Source of the DNA: Methanobacteriota archaeon
Lineage (GTDB): Archaea > Thermoplasmatota > Thermoplasmata > Methanomassiliicoccales > Methanomethylophilaceae
Length of the DNA stretch: 36,365 nt
Assembly (NCBI GenBank): GCA_012719315.1
Contig: JAAYAP010000043.1
Coordinates: 1 to 36,365 of the forward strand
Direction: 5' to 3'
In this document: piece after piece, positions 17,490 to 26,330 of the stretch
Layout: each line of letters opens with the position of its first letter
Numbering within the stretch: position 1 is the stretch's first letter
Notes under the pieces: generated by a model
Seen by the model: only the letters and a program-made list of their open reading frames with translations
The model's database searches: none
Told to the model about the DNA's origin: nothing
Made by a program: the position numbers and the translations under genes

Positions 17490-18016
17490 CAGTCCGACAA
17501 TCCGTATTCGGAGAGGATCTCCTTGATGGCGTCGTTGGGGGTGCGTTTGCCGAGCTGCGGCTGCGGCAGGTCCCACCATCTCTCCTCGAACTCCTCGAGC
17601 GCCAGCCGGTACAGCTCGTCGGTCTCGAAGTTCGACGGCTTCATGTCGGCGAGGGCCTTCTCGTGCTCTTTGAACAGGTTGGCGCCGTATCTCCGGTTGG
17701 TCAGCGCCACGCCCAGCAGCATGTCGAAGGAGAACGAGATCTCCATGCCGATGTCGGGGGTGACGGCGTCCATGACCATGTCCAACACGCTGTTGGCGGT
17801 CATCTTGAAGAGCATCTGCCTTCCGGCCTCCGCATCGAGTCCTTCCATGCCGTCGATGATCGTGCAGACCTCCTCGTAGACCAAGTCTCCGAGGGCGTCG
17901 ACGCGCACGGGGTTCTTGTCGTAGAGCTGTTTGCAGATCAGCTCCTCGTCGGTGCATTGCTCCTCTTCCCGGTCGAAGAGGTGGGCGTTGGGATCGTTGT
18001 TGTCCATTTCATTCAC
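17489..18016 (-). CDS. Acidic hypothetical protein (175 aa)
   Basis: Codon-plausible acidic protein, stop/start coupled on both sides (GTGA with the aminotransferase, TGATG with mvk). The C-terminus 'EERWWDLPQPQLGKRTPNDAI' resembles W..W..P.LGG.TP tails of unknown function. Start is GTG 18016 or ATG 18007. Confidence 0.6.
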   Translation of the reverse strand: MNEMDNNDPNAHLFDREEEQCTDEELICKQLYDKNPVRVDALGDLVYEEVCTIIDGMEGLDAEAGRQMLFKMTANSVLDMVMDAVTPDIGMEISFSFDMLLGVALTNRRYGANLFKEHEKALADMKPSNFETDELYRLALEEFEERWWDLPQPQLGKRTPNDAIKEILSEYGLSD

Positions 18017-19140
18017 TTCCTGAATCTTCCGATGACTTCGGAGAGGATGTCCATGCCCGCATTAATCTTATCCTCTCCCGCGGCGTAGGAGAACCTCAGA
18101 TGCCCCTCCCCGTATCTGCCGAAGGCCGATCCCGGCGTGCAGATCAGGCCGCTGCGGGCCGCTTCCGTCGCGATCTCGGCCGAGGTGACGTCCATGTCGT
18201 ACGACGGGAATGCGTAGAAGGCGCCTCTGGGCGGGCTCATATGCAACCCGTCGATGCCGTTGATGCGCTCGGTGATCAGATCCCGTCTCGCCTTGTAGAT
18301 CGCACGCGACCTCTCCAGGTACGGCTCGATGACCGACATGGCCTCGAGCACCCCGTACTGGGATGGCATGTGGGGGTTGGCGCAGACATGGTACTGCATC
18401 TTGGTCAGAGCCTCGATGTTCTCCGCGGCGGCGCAGATGTAGCCCAGCCTCCAGCCGGTCACGGCCATCATCTTCGAGAACCCGCCCACCACGGTCGCCC
18501 GGTCGAGGCGGTCGAGGAAGGAGACGTGCTCCCCCTCGTAGACGAAGGGCTCGTAGACCTCGTCGGAGACGATGTGCAGGTCGCGGTCCTCGGCGATCTC
18601 CAGCAGGGCGCGTTTCGTCTCCCTGCCGATGAGGCCGCCGGTGGGGTTGGAGGGCGAGTTGACGACGATCATCCGGGTCTTCGCGGTCAACAGCTCGAGT
18701 ATGTCGCCGATGTCCGGTTGGAAATCCCCTTCGGTGAGCCGGTATTCCTTGGACACGCCTCCCGCCAGGGCCGTATGCGGCCCGTAGACGACGAAACCCG
18801 GGCTGGGCACCAGGACCTCGTCCCCCGGCTCGATGAACGACTGCGCGATCTCGAACAGCGCGGTGGAGCCGCTGGGGGTGATCATCACGTTCCCGCCGCC
18901 GACCTCGCCGTACGCGGACGACCTCGCCGCCACCGCCTCCCGCAGCTCGGGGATCCCGGCCGTGGGACCGTACTTGTTCTTGTGCGCCAGCGCTGCCTGG
19001 TGCATCCCCTCGATCGCCTCGGGCGGAGGATCGAGATCGGGTTCGCCCAGGCCGAGGTGGACGGAATCCGGGCCAGCGAGGTCGAACATCTTCCTGATGC
19101 CGGACATCGGGATGCTGTCCAGGCGTTTGGATATCTTCAT
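18013..19140 (-). CDS. Class I/II pyridoxal-phosphate aminotransferase (aspartate aminotransferase-like)
   Basis: 'SGIRKMFDLA', 'LGLGEPDLDPP', 'NSPSNPTG', and the PLP-lysine motif 'GGFSKMMAVTGWRLGY'. Start is ATG 19140 (MKISKRLDSIP), about 26 nt from a TATA-like box. Confidence 0.88.
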   Translation of the reverse strand: MKISKRLDSIPMSGIRKMFDLAGPDSVHLGLGEPDLDPPPEAIEGMHQAALAHKNKYGPTAGIPELREAVAARSSAYGEVGGGNVMITPSGSTALFEIAQSFIEPGDEVLVPSPGFVVYGPHTALAGGVSKEYRLTEGDFQPDIGDILELLTAKTRMIVVNSPSNPTGGLIGRETKRALLEIAEDRDLHIVSDEVYEPFVYEGEHVSFLDRLDRATVVGGFSKMMAVTGWRLGYICAAAENIEALTKMQYHVCANPHMPSQYGVLEAMSVIEPYLERSRAIYKARRDLITERINGIDGLHMSPPRGAFYAFPSYDMDVTSAEIATEAARSGLICTPGSAFGRYGEGHLRFSYAAGEDKINAGMDILSEVIGRFRK

Positions 19141-19162
19141 GCCCGGTAATCGGCTAACGATG

Positions 19163-19169
19163 TTATATT
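19163..19169 (-). promoter_or_regulatory. TATA-like box for the aminotransferase / acidic protein / mvk operon
   Basis: Minus strand AATATAA, centred about 26 nt upstream of ATG 19140. Confidence 0.35.
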
Positions 19170-19195
19170 CATTGGGTACGGCGCGATGCGCCACC

Positions 19196-19203
19196 TTATT
19201 TAT
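19196..19203 (+). promoter_or_regulatory. TATA-like box for the membrane protein / HD operon
   Basis: TTATTTAT, centred about 26 nt upstream of ATG 19226. Confidence 0.35.
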
Positions 19204-19225
19204 CACGACATGATATGCTCTTGAC

Positions 19226-19588
19226 ATGGTTCGGATAAACAGGAAGGCATGGCTGCTGTTCGACCTCATCGGCCTGGCTTTCATCGTGACGGGGACGGTC
19301 ATCTACCTGGAGCTGCTGGTGAGCATGGATCCGTGGATCGGCACGGCCCTCTTCCTGATGGGTGTGTTCTTCGCCGTGCAGGGCATGGCGTTCGGATACC
19401 TCGAGGGCATCAGCGTCAGGGAGGAACTGGCCGAGAGGCTCAGGGACCGCGGCACCGAGGAGGCGCTGGCGGCGGCGGACGACACCGCGGGGTACATCAT
19501 CGACCTGACCGAGATCGAGAGGGAGTCCGAAGCCGACTACAGGCGGATCGAAGAGGAGCTCATCGACATCGTGAGCCGCGAGAAGTGA
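19226..19588 (+). CDS. Small membrane protein (two predicted TM helices, acidic tail)
   Basis: 'WLLFDLIGLAFIVTGTVIYLELLV' and 'IGTALFLMGVFFAVQGMAFGYL', then an acidic C-terminus. TATA-like box about 26 nt upstream. The TGA shares 1 nt with the next ATG. Confidence 0.55.
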   Translation: MVRINRKAWLLFDLIGLAFIVTGTVIYLELLVSMDPWIGTALFLMGVFFAVQGMAFGYLEGISVREELAERLRDRGTEEALAAADDTAGYIIDLTEIERESEADYRRIEEELIDIVSREK

Positions 19589-20745
19589 TGCGGATGGAGG
19601 AGAGGAAGGCGCTCAACGCCGATGTACTGCATTACATCTTCGGCGCGGCCAGCATGCACAGGTGGAACGACCATCTGCGGACGATCGACCTGACCGAACT
19701 GGACAAGCAGGCGCACAAGGCGGCCATCTCCTGGATCCTGGGCAAGGCCGAGGAGGATGCCGGCCGCGTCATCGACTGGGACCGGGTCATCTCCGGCAAC
19801 CTGTACTCATTCATCGCGCGTCTGGCGCTCACCGACCTCAAGCCGCAGCTGTATCACCGCATCAGCACCGAGAAGACCGAGCAGGTCAACGAGTACGTGC
19901 TCGAGGATTTCATCAGCAACGTGCCCGGAGCCCCCGAGCGGTTCATGAGAGGGCTCGAGGACTACCTGCGCTCCGACAAGACCTCGGCGGAGGACGGGAT
20001 CTCGCGCGCCGCCCATTACCTGGCGACGCGGTGGGAGTTCAGGACGATCTACCCTGCCAACCGCGAGATGTACGGCATCGAGCAGACGCGCGAGGAGATC
20101 GACCAGCAGATAAACCAGCACATGGGCCTCGCCGGCGTCGGGATGCTGACGGAGGGCGGGGACATCGCCGACATGGCCGACCTCATCGGCCAGCTGCGCT
20201 TCCAGAAACGTTGGGCGAGGACGCCCAGGGTCCCGCAGACGACGGTGCTCGGCCATTCCCTGCTGGTGGCGGTCATGATGTACCTGAGCGATACGGATAT
20301 CGGGGCCGGCACGCGCCAGAAGTACCTGGATTACCACACGGCCCTGTTCCACGACCTGCCCGAGGTGCTGACCAAGGACGTGATCACCCCGGTCAAAGCA
20401 AACGTCGACGGCCTGCCGGCCCTCCTGGAGAGCTACGAGCGCGAGTCGGTGGAATCGAGGATCATGCCCCTGATCCCGGAAGGCTGGAGGGACGAGCTCA
20501 GGTCGATGGTCTACGAGCCCTTCTCGGACCTGCCGGGCCGGCCGGAGTCCGGACGCAGAGGCGGGGACATCAAAGCCTGCGACCGCCTGGCGGCGTTCAT
20601 GGAGGCGCACATCTCGACCCGTTACGGGATCTCCTCGAAGACGCTGAGGGACGGGGAGCGGGAGATCAGGTCCGTGCTCGAAAACGGCTCGGACGGCATC
20701 GGCGCCGAAGCGCTGCTGCGGAGCTTCGACCGGATGGACATCTGA
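19588..20745 (+). CDS. HD-superfamily phosphohydrolase (YfbR-like HD domain preceded by a degenerate copy)
   Basis: C-terminal half carries 'RFQKRWARTPRVPQTTVLGHSLLVAV...ALFHDLPEVLTKDVITPVK' (H...HD...D). Start is ATG 19588 (MRMEERK). The upstream part of the track ORF (from 19249) overlaps the membrane protein in another frame. Confidence 0.75.
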   Translation: MRMEERKALNADVLHYIFGAASMHRWNDHLRTIDLTELDKQAHKAAISWILGKAEEDAGRVIDWDRVISGNLYSFIARLALTDLKPQLYHRISTEKTEQVNEYVLEDFISNVPGAPERFMRGLEDYLRSDKTSAEDGISRAAHYLATRWEFRTIYPANREMYGIEQTREEIDQQINQHMGLAGVGMLTEGGDIADMADLIGQLRFQKRWARTPRVPQTTVLGHSLLVAVMMYLSDTDIGAGTRQKYLDYHTALFHDLPEVLTKDVITPVKANVDGLPALLESYERESVESRIMPLIPEGWRDELRSMVYEPFSDLPGRPESGRRGGDIKACDRLAAFMEAHISTRYGISSKTLRDGEREIRSVLENGSDGIGAEALLRSFDRMDI

Positions 20746-20746
20746 G

Positions 20747-22021
20747 TCAGCGCCGGCTGGCGATGACTTCCTGCCCTTTCATGTACGGCCTGAGCACTTC
20801 GGGCACCGTCACCGATCCGTCGCGGTTCTGATAGTTCTCGAGCACGGCCACCATCGTCCGCGGCAGGGCCAGGCCGGATCCGTTGAGTGTGTGGATGAAC
20901 TCGCTCCTCATGTGCGGCTCGGGCCTGTATTTTATCCTGGCCCGGCGCGCCTGGAAATCGGTGAAGTTGGAGCATGACGAGGCTTCGAGCCAAGCATCCT
21001 TGCCGGGGGCGTAGAGCTCGAGGTCATAGCACTTGGCGCACGAGAAGCTCATGTCGCCGGTGCAGAGCAGGAGCACCCGGTACGGGAGGCCCAGGCCCCT
21101 GATCAGCGATTCGGCGTCGTTCCTCAGCTCCTCCAGCGCCGCCCAGGAGGTCTCCGGGAGCACGAACCTGACCATCTCCACCTTGTTGAACTCGTGGACG
21201 CGGATGATGCCCCTGGTGTCGGCATGCCTGCCGGCCTCCCTCCGGAACGAAGGCAGGTACGCCGTGTATTTGATCGGGAGCGCCTCCTTCTCGAGGATCT
21301 CGTCGCGGAAGAGGTTGGTCACCGGCACCTCGGCGGTGGGGTTGAGGAAGAGGTCGTCCCGTTCCAGATGGTACATGTCGTCCTTCAGGTTGGGGTACTG
21401 ACCGGTGCCGATGAGGGCCTCCTTGTTGACGATCACCGGCGGGAACACCTCGGTGTAGCCCCGGTCGTGGTGGCTGTCGAGGAAGTAGGAGATCAACGCG
21501 CGCTCCAGGCGCGCGCCGTCGCCTTTGAGGCAGTAGAACCCGCTGCCGGCGACCTTCACCGCCCGGTCGAAGTCGATGATGTCCAGATCCTCGGCGATCT
21601 CGGGGTGCTCCTTCGGCGCGAAGCCGAACTCCCTGCGCTCGCCCCATTCGCAGACGACGACGTTGTCGCCGCTGTCCCTGCCGACCGGCACGGACGCATG
21701 GGGGATGTTGGGGATGTTGAGGACGCAATCCTCGCGGATGCCGTCGAGCACGGACATCCGTTCCTCGTTGCCTTTGATCCGGTCGCCGATCTCGCGCATG
21801 GAGGCGATGACCCCGTCCTTCTCGGCACCGGCCGGGAGCTTGGGGATCCGCAGGGACTCGGCGTTCCTGACCTTGCGCAGCTCGTTGCTGCTCTGGGTCA
21901 GCATCCTCCACTCAGCATCCGCCTCCAAGAACCTGTCGAGCACATCGGTCGGCTTGTTCCTGTCGACCAGCATCGTCCTGATGGCGTCGGGGTCCGCTCT
22001 GATCACATTCACGTCGAGCAT
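20747..22021 (-). CDS. serS: Seryl-tRNA synthetase
   Basis: N-terminal coiled-coil arm and class II motifs 'FRREAGRHADTRGIIRVHEFNKVE' and 'GSGLALPRTMVAVLENYQ'. Confidence 0.93.
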   Translation of the reverse strand: MLDVNVIRADPDAIRTMLVDRNKPTDVLDRFLEADAEWRMLTQSSNELRKVRNAESLRIPKLPAGAEKDGVIASMREIGDRIKGNEERMSVLDGIREDCVLNIPNIPHASVPVGRDSGDNVVVCEWGERREFGFAPKEHPEIAEDLDIIDFDRAVKVAGSGFYCLKGDGARLERALISYFLDSHHDRGYTEVFPPVIVNKEALIGTGQYPNLKDDMYHLERDDLFLNPTAEVPVTNLFRDEILEKEALPIKYTAYLPSFRREAGRHADTRGIIRVHEFNKVEMVRFVLPETSWAALEELRNDAESLIRGLGLPYRVLLLCTGDMSFSCAKCYDLELYAPGKDAWLEASSCSNFTDFQARRARIKYRPEPHMRSEFIHTLNGSGLALPRTMVAVLENYQNRDGSVTVPEVLRPYMKGQEVIASRR

Positions 22022-22030
22022 GGGACCGCC

Positions 22031-22324
22031 TCAGAATTTCTTTTGGGAAAGGGAGTTCCAGGTCCGTTTGTCGGTGATGACCATCACGTTGCCGCGGACA
22101 TCCACCACCACGGCGTCGTTCTCCTCGGCGATGCTCCTCGACAGCGTCTCCACGTCGCCGCCGGAATTGTCCAGCACCTTGATCTTCAGGATACGGCGGT
22201 TCTTCAGCTGTGACGAGATCTCGTCCCTGAGTCCCTGGTCCATCCCGCCCTTGCCGATCTGCACGGTGGCTTTCAGTTCCGTCGCACGCCTCATTATCTC
22301 CTTCCTCGCATCCTTCTCTGTCAT
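22031..22324 (-). CDS. YhbY/CRM-domain RNA-binding protein
   Basis: 97 aa, 'TVQIGKGGMDQGLRDEISSQLKNRRILKIKV'. The ATG overlaps the rnp4 stop (ATGA at 22321-22324). Confidence 0.8.
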   Translation of the reverse strand: MTEKDARKEIMRRATELKATVQIGKGGMDQGLRDEISSQLKNRRILKIKVLDNSGGDVETLSRSIAEENDAVVVDVRGNVMVITDKRTWNSLSQKKF

Positions 22325-22641
22325 TTCCTGTTCTCCCTCAAATACGGCACGCGCCTCACCGCTCCGCACGATCCGCATGTCGATACCACTTTCCGCCCGG
22401 TCAGCCTGACGCTGCAGTTCGATCCCGGGATCATCGGCAGCATGCATTCCCTGCAGTACCGGAATCCGGGAGGCAGGGTCGTCCGGGTCTTCATGCCGAT
22501 GCGCCGGGCGAGCGTCACGTATCTGATCGCCCGGTCGTCCCGGCCGTCCCTGACCGCCTGCTCCGCCAGCTCCAGGAGGATGGCGATCCTCTCGTTGCCG
22601 ATGCGGGCGGCTGCATTCCGCGGAAGGCGTCTCTTCGACAT
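22321..22641 (-). CDS. rnp4: Ribonuclease P protein component 4 (Rpp21/Rpr2)
   Basis: 'IGNERIAILLELAEQAV', 'RYVTLARRIGMKTRTTLP', and a zinc ribbon 'CRECMLPMIPGSNCSVRL...CGSCG'. Confidence 0.85.
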   Translation of the reverse strand: MSKRRLPRNAAARIGNERIAILLELAEQAVRDGRDDRAIRYVTLARRIGMKTRTTLPPGFRYCRECMLPMIPGSNCSVRLTGRKVVSTCGSCGAVRRVPYLRENRK

Positions 22642-22673
22642 ATCTGCACCTGTTCGACCTACAGACAGCCAGG

Positions 22674-22680
22674 ATATAAA
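22674..22680 (-). promoter_or_regulatory. TATA-like box for the rnp4-yhbY-serS operon
   Basis: Minus strand TTTATAT, about 35 nt upstream of ATG 22641. Confidence 0.4.
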
Positions 22681-22880
22681 TCTTTATCAACATCCTCCCG
22701 TATATGCTGTCGTGTCGTCATCGTCGCACGGGGGCCTAGGCCGGCCGGCGGCGACGTGGAAACGCTTATATTGCAGGGACTGTTCGCAGAGGACGGTCGC
22801 AGATAGGATCCATGTATGACAGTCTTTAAATACGAATTTGAGATTGTCGCATTCATAAAGATATATACAAGGTGTTATAA

Positions 22881-23405
22881 ATGGCAAAAAAGCCCGCATC
22901 GATGTACAGAAGGATAACAGGACAGGCGAATACCCGCCGTGAATATATGAGAGGGGTTCCCGGAAGGAGGATCAACCAGTTCGATATGGGCAACCTTAAG
23001 GCAGACTTCCCCGTGATCCTCACGCTCAGAGTCAAGAACCGCGTCCAGGTCAGGCACACCGCGCTCGAGGCAGGCCGTATCGCCGCCAACAGGCTGATGT
23101 CGTCCGAGGTCGGCGTCCAGAACTACAACCTGAAGATCAGGGCTTTCCCGCATATCGTCCTCAGAGAGAACAAGCTCGCGACCGGTGCGGGTGCGGACCG
23201 TGTCTCGAGCGGTATGCGCCGCGCGTTCGGCAAGAATGTCGGCACGGCGGCCAGGCTCGAGCGCGATCAGGCGATCATCACGATAAGGACCTCCGCAGAC
23301 AAGGAGAGGATCAACACCGCCAAACAGGCTCTCTGGAGAGCCTCGATGAAATTCCCGACCCCCTGCTACATCGATGTGGAGCAGGGTCTGGAGTACGTGA
23401 ACTGA
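22881..23405 (+). CDS. rpl10e: 50S ribosomal protein L10e (uL16)
   Basis: 'KPASMYRRITGQANTRREYMRGVPGRRINQFDMGN' and 'RENKLATGAGADRVSSGMRRAFGK'. Confidence 0.93.
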   Translation: MAKKPASMYRRITGQANTRREYMRGVPGRRINQFDMGNLKADFPVILTLRVKNRVQVRHTALEAGRIAANRLMSSEVGVQNYNLKIRAFPHIVLRENKLATGAGADRVSSGMRRAFGKNVGTAARLERDQAIITIRTSADKERINTAKQALWRASMKFPTPCYIDVEQGLEYVN

Positions 23406-23413
23406 TCCAAGTC

Positions 23414-24394
23414 ATGTTCGATTTGGACCCGGACCGGATCACGGCGTGGATACGCGACGGCGGTTATACGTCGGTCGCATTGCAGCTACCCGAGGGTCTG
23501 AAGACCTCCGCCAAGGCCCTGTCCGACACCATCATGCGCGACACCGGGGCCGAGGTGCTGATCCTCGGCCGCCCGTGTTACGGCGCGTGCGACCTTTTCA
23601 CCGGATACAAGGATCACGCCGAGGCGCTGATCCATCTCGGCCATGCGCCGATCCCCGACATGGGGTACGACCCCGACGTCCTCTATGTGGAGGTCGGCGT
23701 GCGTGCCGGCCTGCCCCCCGGCCTGCCGGGGATGATCGCGGACCTCCCGCCCAGGATCGGCCTGCTGGCCACGGTGCAGCACATCGGCCTGCTGCCCGCG
23801 CTGAAGGAGGCGGTCGAGGCCACGGGCCGGACGGCGTCGATCGGCATCGGGGACGGGAGGGTATACCATCCCGGACAGGTCCTCGGCTGCAACTGCAGCG
23901 TGGCGACGGCGGTCGAGGAGGCGGTGGACATGTTCATCCTCGTCGCCGAAGGCGACTTCCATCCTCTGGCCGCGTCCTTCGGCGCCCGCAAGCCGGTCAG
24001 GGTGCTCAATCCGCTGACCGGCGAGCTCAGGGATGTGGACGACGTGCGCGACCGCATCCTCCGCAAGCGCTTCGCGGCGATCGAGAGCGCACGCTCCGCC
24101 AGGGATTTCCTGGTGATCGTCTGCGGCAAAGCGGGCCAGAACCGCATGGAGGCGGCCAAGGGCATCTGCGCCAGGCTCAGGGAGGACGGGCGGAACGCGT
24201 ACCTGGCGCTGATGGACGAGATCACCCCGGACGCGTTGCTCCCGTACGCCGTCGACGCGTACGTGTGCACCGGCTGCCCGCGCGTGGCCATGGACGATTC
24301 CTCGCGCTACCGCCATCCGATGCTCACCGTCACCGAGGTCGACCACGTGCTGGGTCTGCGCGAGTGGGACGGATACGAATTCGACTGCATCTGA
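23414..24394 (+). CDS. dph2: Diphthamide synthesis enzyme Dph2 (2-(3-amino-3-carboxypropyl)histidine synthase)
   Basis: 'VALQLPEGLK', 'CYGACD', 'GCNCS' and 'CTGCPR', which supply three cluster-ligand cysteines. The size is typical of archaeal Dph2. Confidence 0.85.
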   Translation: MFDLDPDRITAWIRDGGYTSVALQLPEGLKTSAKALSDTIMRDTGAEVLILGRPCYGACDLFTGYKDHAEALIHLGHAPIPDMGYDPDVLYVEVGVRAGLPPGLPGMIADLPPRIGLLATVQHIGLLPALKEAVEATGRTASIGIGDGRVYHPGQVLGCNCSVATAVEEAVDMFILVAEGDFHPLAASFGARKPVRVLNPLTGELRDVDDVRDRILRKRFAAIESARSARDFLVIVCGKAGQNRMEAAKGICARLREDGRNAYLALMDEITPDALLPYAVDAYVCTGCPRVAMDDSSRYRHPMLTVTEVDHVLGLREWDGYEFDCI

Positions 24395-24430
24395 GCCCCC
24401 GTGCAAATACTTAATACGCACGAGAGGTTA

Positions 24431-25189
24431 ATGCGGTGCATGTTCACATCGCAGAAGCTCTTCGATGACGACCTGCCGGATGTCCGCGTGGGCATCGGAC
24501 GCGGCACCGGCAGAGGTGTCGTGGAAGAGAGCATACGCGCGACCGCGACGGGCAACGTGACCGTCTACGACGATCCGCAACGGCTCGTCGACGACCTCGT
24601 CGGCGGCCGGATCGATGCCGCCGTGCGCGGAGACATGTCATCCTCGAAGGTGCTGCCCCTGCTCAAGAAGGCGACCGGCGTCTCCAGCCTCGAGCGGCTG
24701 GTGCTGTTGGAACCCAGGCGGAACAAGCTGATCTTCATGGCCCCCGTCGGCATCGACGAAGGCTGGACCGTGGAGCAGAAGCACGACATGGTGCGCCGGG
24801 CCCTGGCGCTGATGGGGCGGCTGGGAGCGGGCAGCAGGGTGGCGATCATGTCGGGAGGCAGAGCCGAGGACAAGGGCAGGTGCCCGCCCGTGGACAGGTC
24901 GATAGACGACGCGGACGAGCTGGTGGGGATCCTGAGGAGCGAAGGTGTCGACGCCTACAACTCCCAGATCCTGATCGAGGAGGCCATGGCGGAGGCGGAC
25001 CTCGTCATCGCCCCCGACGGCATCACCGGCAACATCGTCTTCAGGGCTCTGCACTTCATCGGCGACACCAGGGCCCTGGGCGCGCCGATCCTCAACATCG
25101 ACAAGGTGTTCGTCGACACCTCGCGGGAGAAGCTGGATTATTCCGACTCGGTGCATCTGGCGATGCGGCTGTGCGGGGTGGGGAGATGA
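24431..25189 (+). CDS. PTA/PlsX-superfamily protein, MtxX / methanogen-marker-4-like (function unknown)
   Basis: The C-terminal 'VIAPDGITGNIVFRALH' matches the PD..GN..K motif of phosphate acyltransferases. About 250 aa. The start is uncertain: GTG 24401, ATG 24431 or ATG 24440. The TGA overlaps the queD ATG (ATGA at 25186-25189). Confidence 0.45.
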   Translation: MRCMFTSQKLFDDDLPDVRVGIGRGTGRGVVEESIRATATGNVTVYDDPQRLVDDLVGGRIDAAVRGDMSSSKVLPLLKKATGVSSLERLVLLEPRRNKLIFMAPVGIDEGWTVEQKHDMVRRALALMGRLGAGSRVAIMSGGRAEDKGRCPPVDRSIDDADELVGILRSEGVDAYNSQILIEEAMAEADLVIAPDGITGNIVFRALHFIGDTRALGAPILNIDKVFVDTSREKLDYSDSVHLAMRLCGVGR

Positions 25190-25662
25190 TCCTGGAGATC
25201 GACGGAGGCTACTCCGGACTCAGGTTCTCCTCCTGCCATTTCATACCGCGCCACGAGAAGTGCTCGAGGTTGCACGGCCACAGCTACATCATGCGCCTCC
25301 GGCTCGAAGGCGAGGTCGGGGCGGACGGCATGATCATGGATTTCGTCATCCTCAAACGCAAGCTCAGGGAGTTCATCGAGCAGCTGGACCACATGGTGCT
25401 GCTGCCGGGCAGGTCCCCGGATGTGGGGATCGTCACGGCGGACGGCTCGGTCGAGGTCTCCGTCTGCGGCAAGAGGTACGTCTTCCCCGAGGAGGACGTG
25501 GTCATCCTCGACGTGCCGGCCACCACCGCCGAGGAGATGGCGAGGATGATGACCGAGACGATGGCGGCAGGGACGGACATCCCGGAGAACGTCGACAGCA
25601 TCTCGGTCGGATTGGACGAGGAACGCGGTCAGACCGCATGGTTCACCAAGGTGCTCAGATGA
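25186..25662 (+). CDS. queD: 6-carboxy-5,6,7,8-tetrahydropterin synthase
   Basis: 'FSSCHFIPRHEKCSRLHGHSY' carries the PTPS/QueD Cys and HxH motifs. 158 aa. The upstream Arg-rich part of the track ORF is rejected. Confidence 0.85.
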   Translation: MILEIDGGYSGLRFSSCHFIPRHEKCSRLHGHSYIMRLRLEGEVGADGMIMDFVILKRKLREFIEQLDHMVLLPGRSPDVGIVTADGSVEVSVCGKRYVFPEEDVVILDVPATTAEEMARMMTETMAAGTDIPENVDSISVGLDEERGQTAWFTKVLR

Positions 25663-26324
25663 AGGCCGTCGTCCTCCTCTCCGGCGGGCTGGACTCGACC
25701 ACGGTCCTGGCTCAGGCGCTGGAGGACGGCTGCGAGGTCATGGCGCTCGGTTTCAGCTACGGGCAGAGGCACACCCGCGAACTGGATTCCGCCCGCAGGA
25801 TCTGTGAGCACTACGGGATCAGGCAGGTGGTCGTCGACCTCGACCTGAGTTCGTTCCGCTCCTCGTTGATCGGCGGGGACGGGGACGTGCCCGAGGACCG
25901 CGGCGGCTGCCTGGCGGACGAGATACCGTCGACCTACGTGCCCGCCCGCAACATCATCTTCCTGAGCGTGGCCGCCGGACTGTGCGAGTCGATCGGCGCC
26001 GACAGGATCTACATCGGCGTCAACGCCGTCGACTACTCGGGATACCCGGACTGCCGTCCGGAGTTCATCGGAGCCTTCGAGAGGATGCTGGAAGCCGGGA
26101 CCAAGGCCGGGGTCGAAGGCGACCCGATCCGCATCGTCGCCCCCATCCTCCATGCCTCCAAAGCCGACATCGTCCGGCTCGGCATCCGGCTGGGGGCGCC
26201 GCTGGCGCTCACCTGGTCCTGCTACAAAGGCGGCGACCGGGCCTGCAGGCGCTGCGATTCCTGCCGGCTCAGGCTCAGGGGCTTCGAGGAAGCAGGGTTT
26301 AAGGACGAGATAGAGTATGAGTGA
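25659..26324 (+). CDS. queC: 7-cyano-7-deazaguanine (preQ0) synthase
   Basis: PP-loop 'VVLLSGGLDSTT', and the C-terminal zinc motif 'SCYKGGDRACRRCDSCRLR'. ATGA overlap with queD. Confidence 0.9.
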   Translation: MKAVVLLSGGLDSTTVLAQALEDGCEVMALGFSYGQRHTRELDSARRICEHYGIRQVVVDLDLSSFRSSLIGGDGDVPEDRGGCLADEIPSTYVPARNIIFLSVAAGLCESIGADRIYIGVNAVDYSGYPDCRPEFIGAFERMLEAGTKAGVEGDPIRIVAPILHASKADIVRLGIRLGAPLALTWSCYKGGDRACRRCDSCRLRLRGFEEAGFKDEIEYE

Positions 26325-26330
26325 ACCATC

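Noticed and set aside
16710-22213. Antisense or alternative-frame ORFs 16710-17879 (+), 18100-19149 (+), 19662-20831 (+), 19807-20610 (-), 21024-21911 (-), 21194-22213 (+), 21576-22409 (+).
   Set aside because: Each overlaps a gene with strong family motifs (mvk, aminotransferase, HD hydrolase, serS). None has a recognisable motif or a plausible promoter or SD site.
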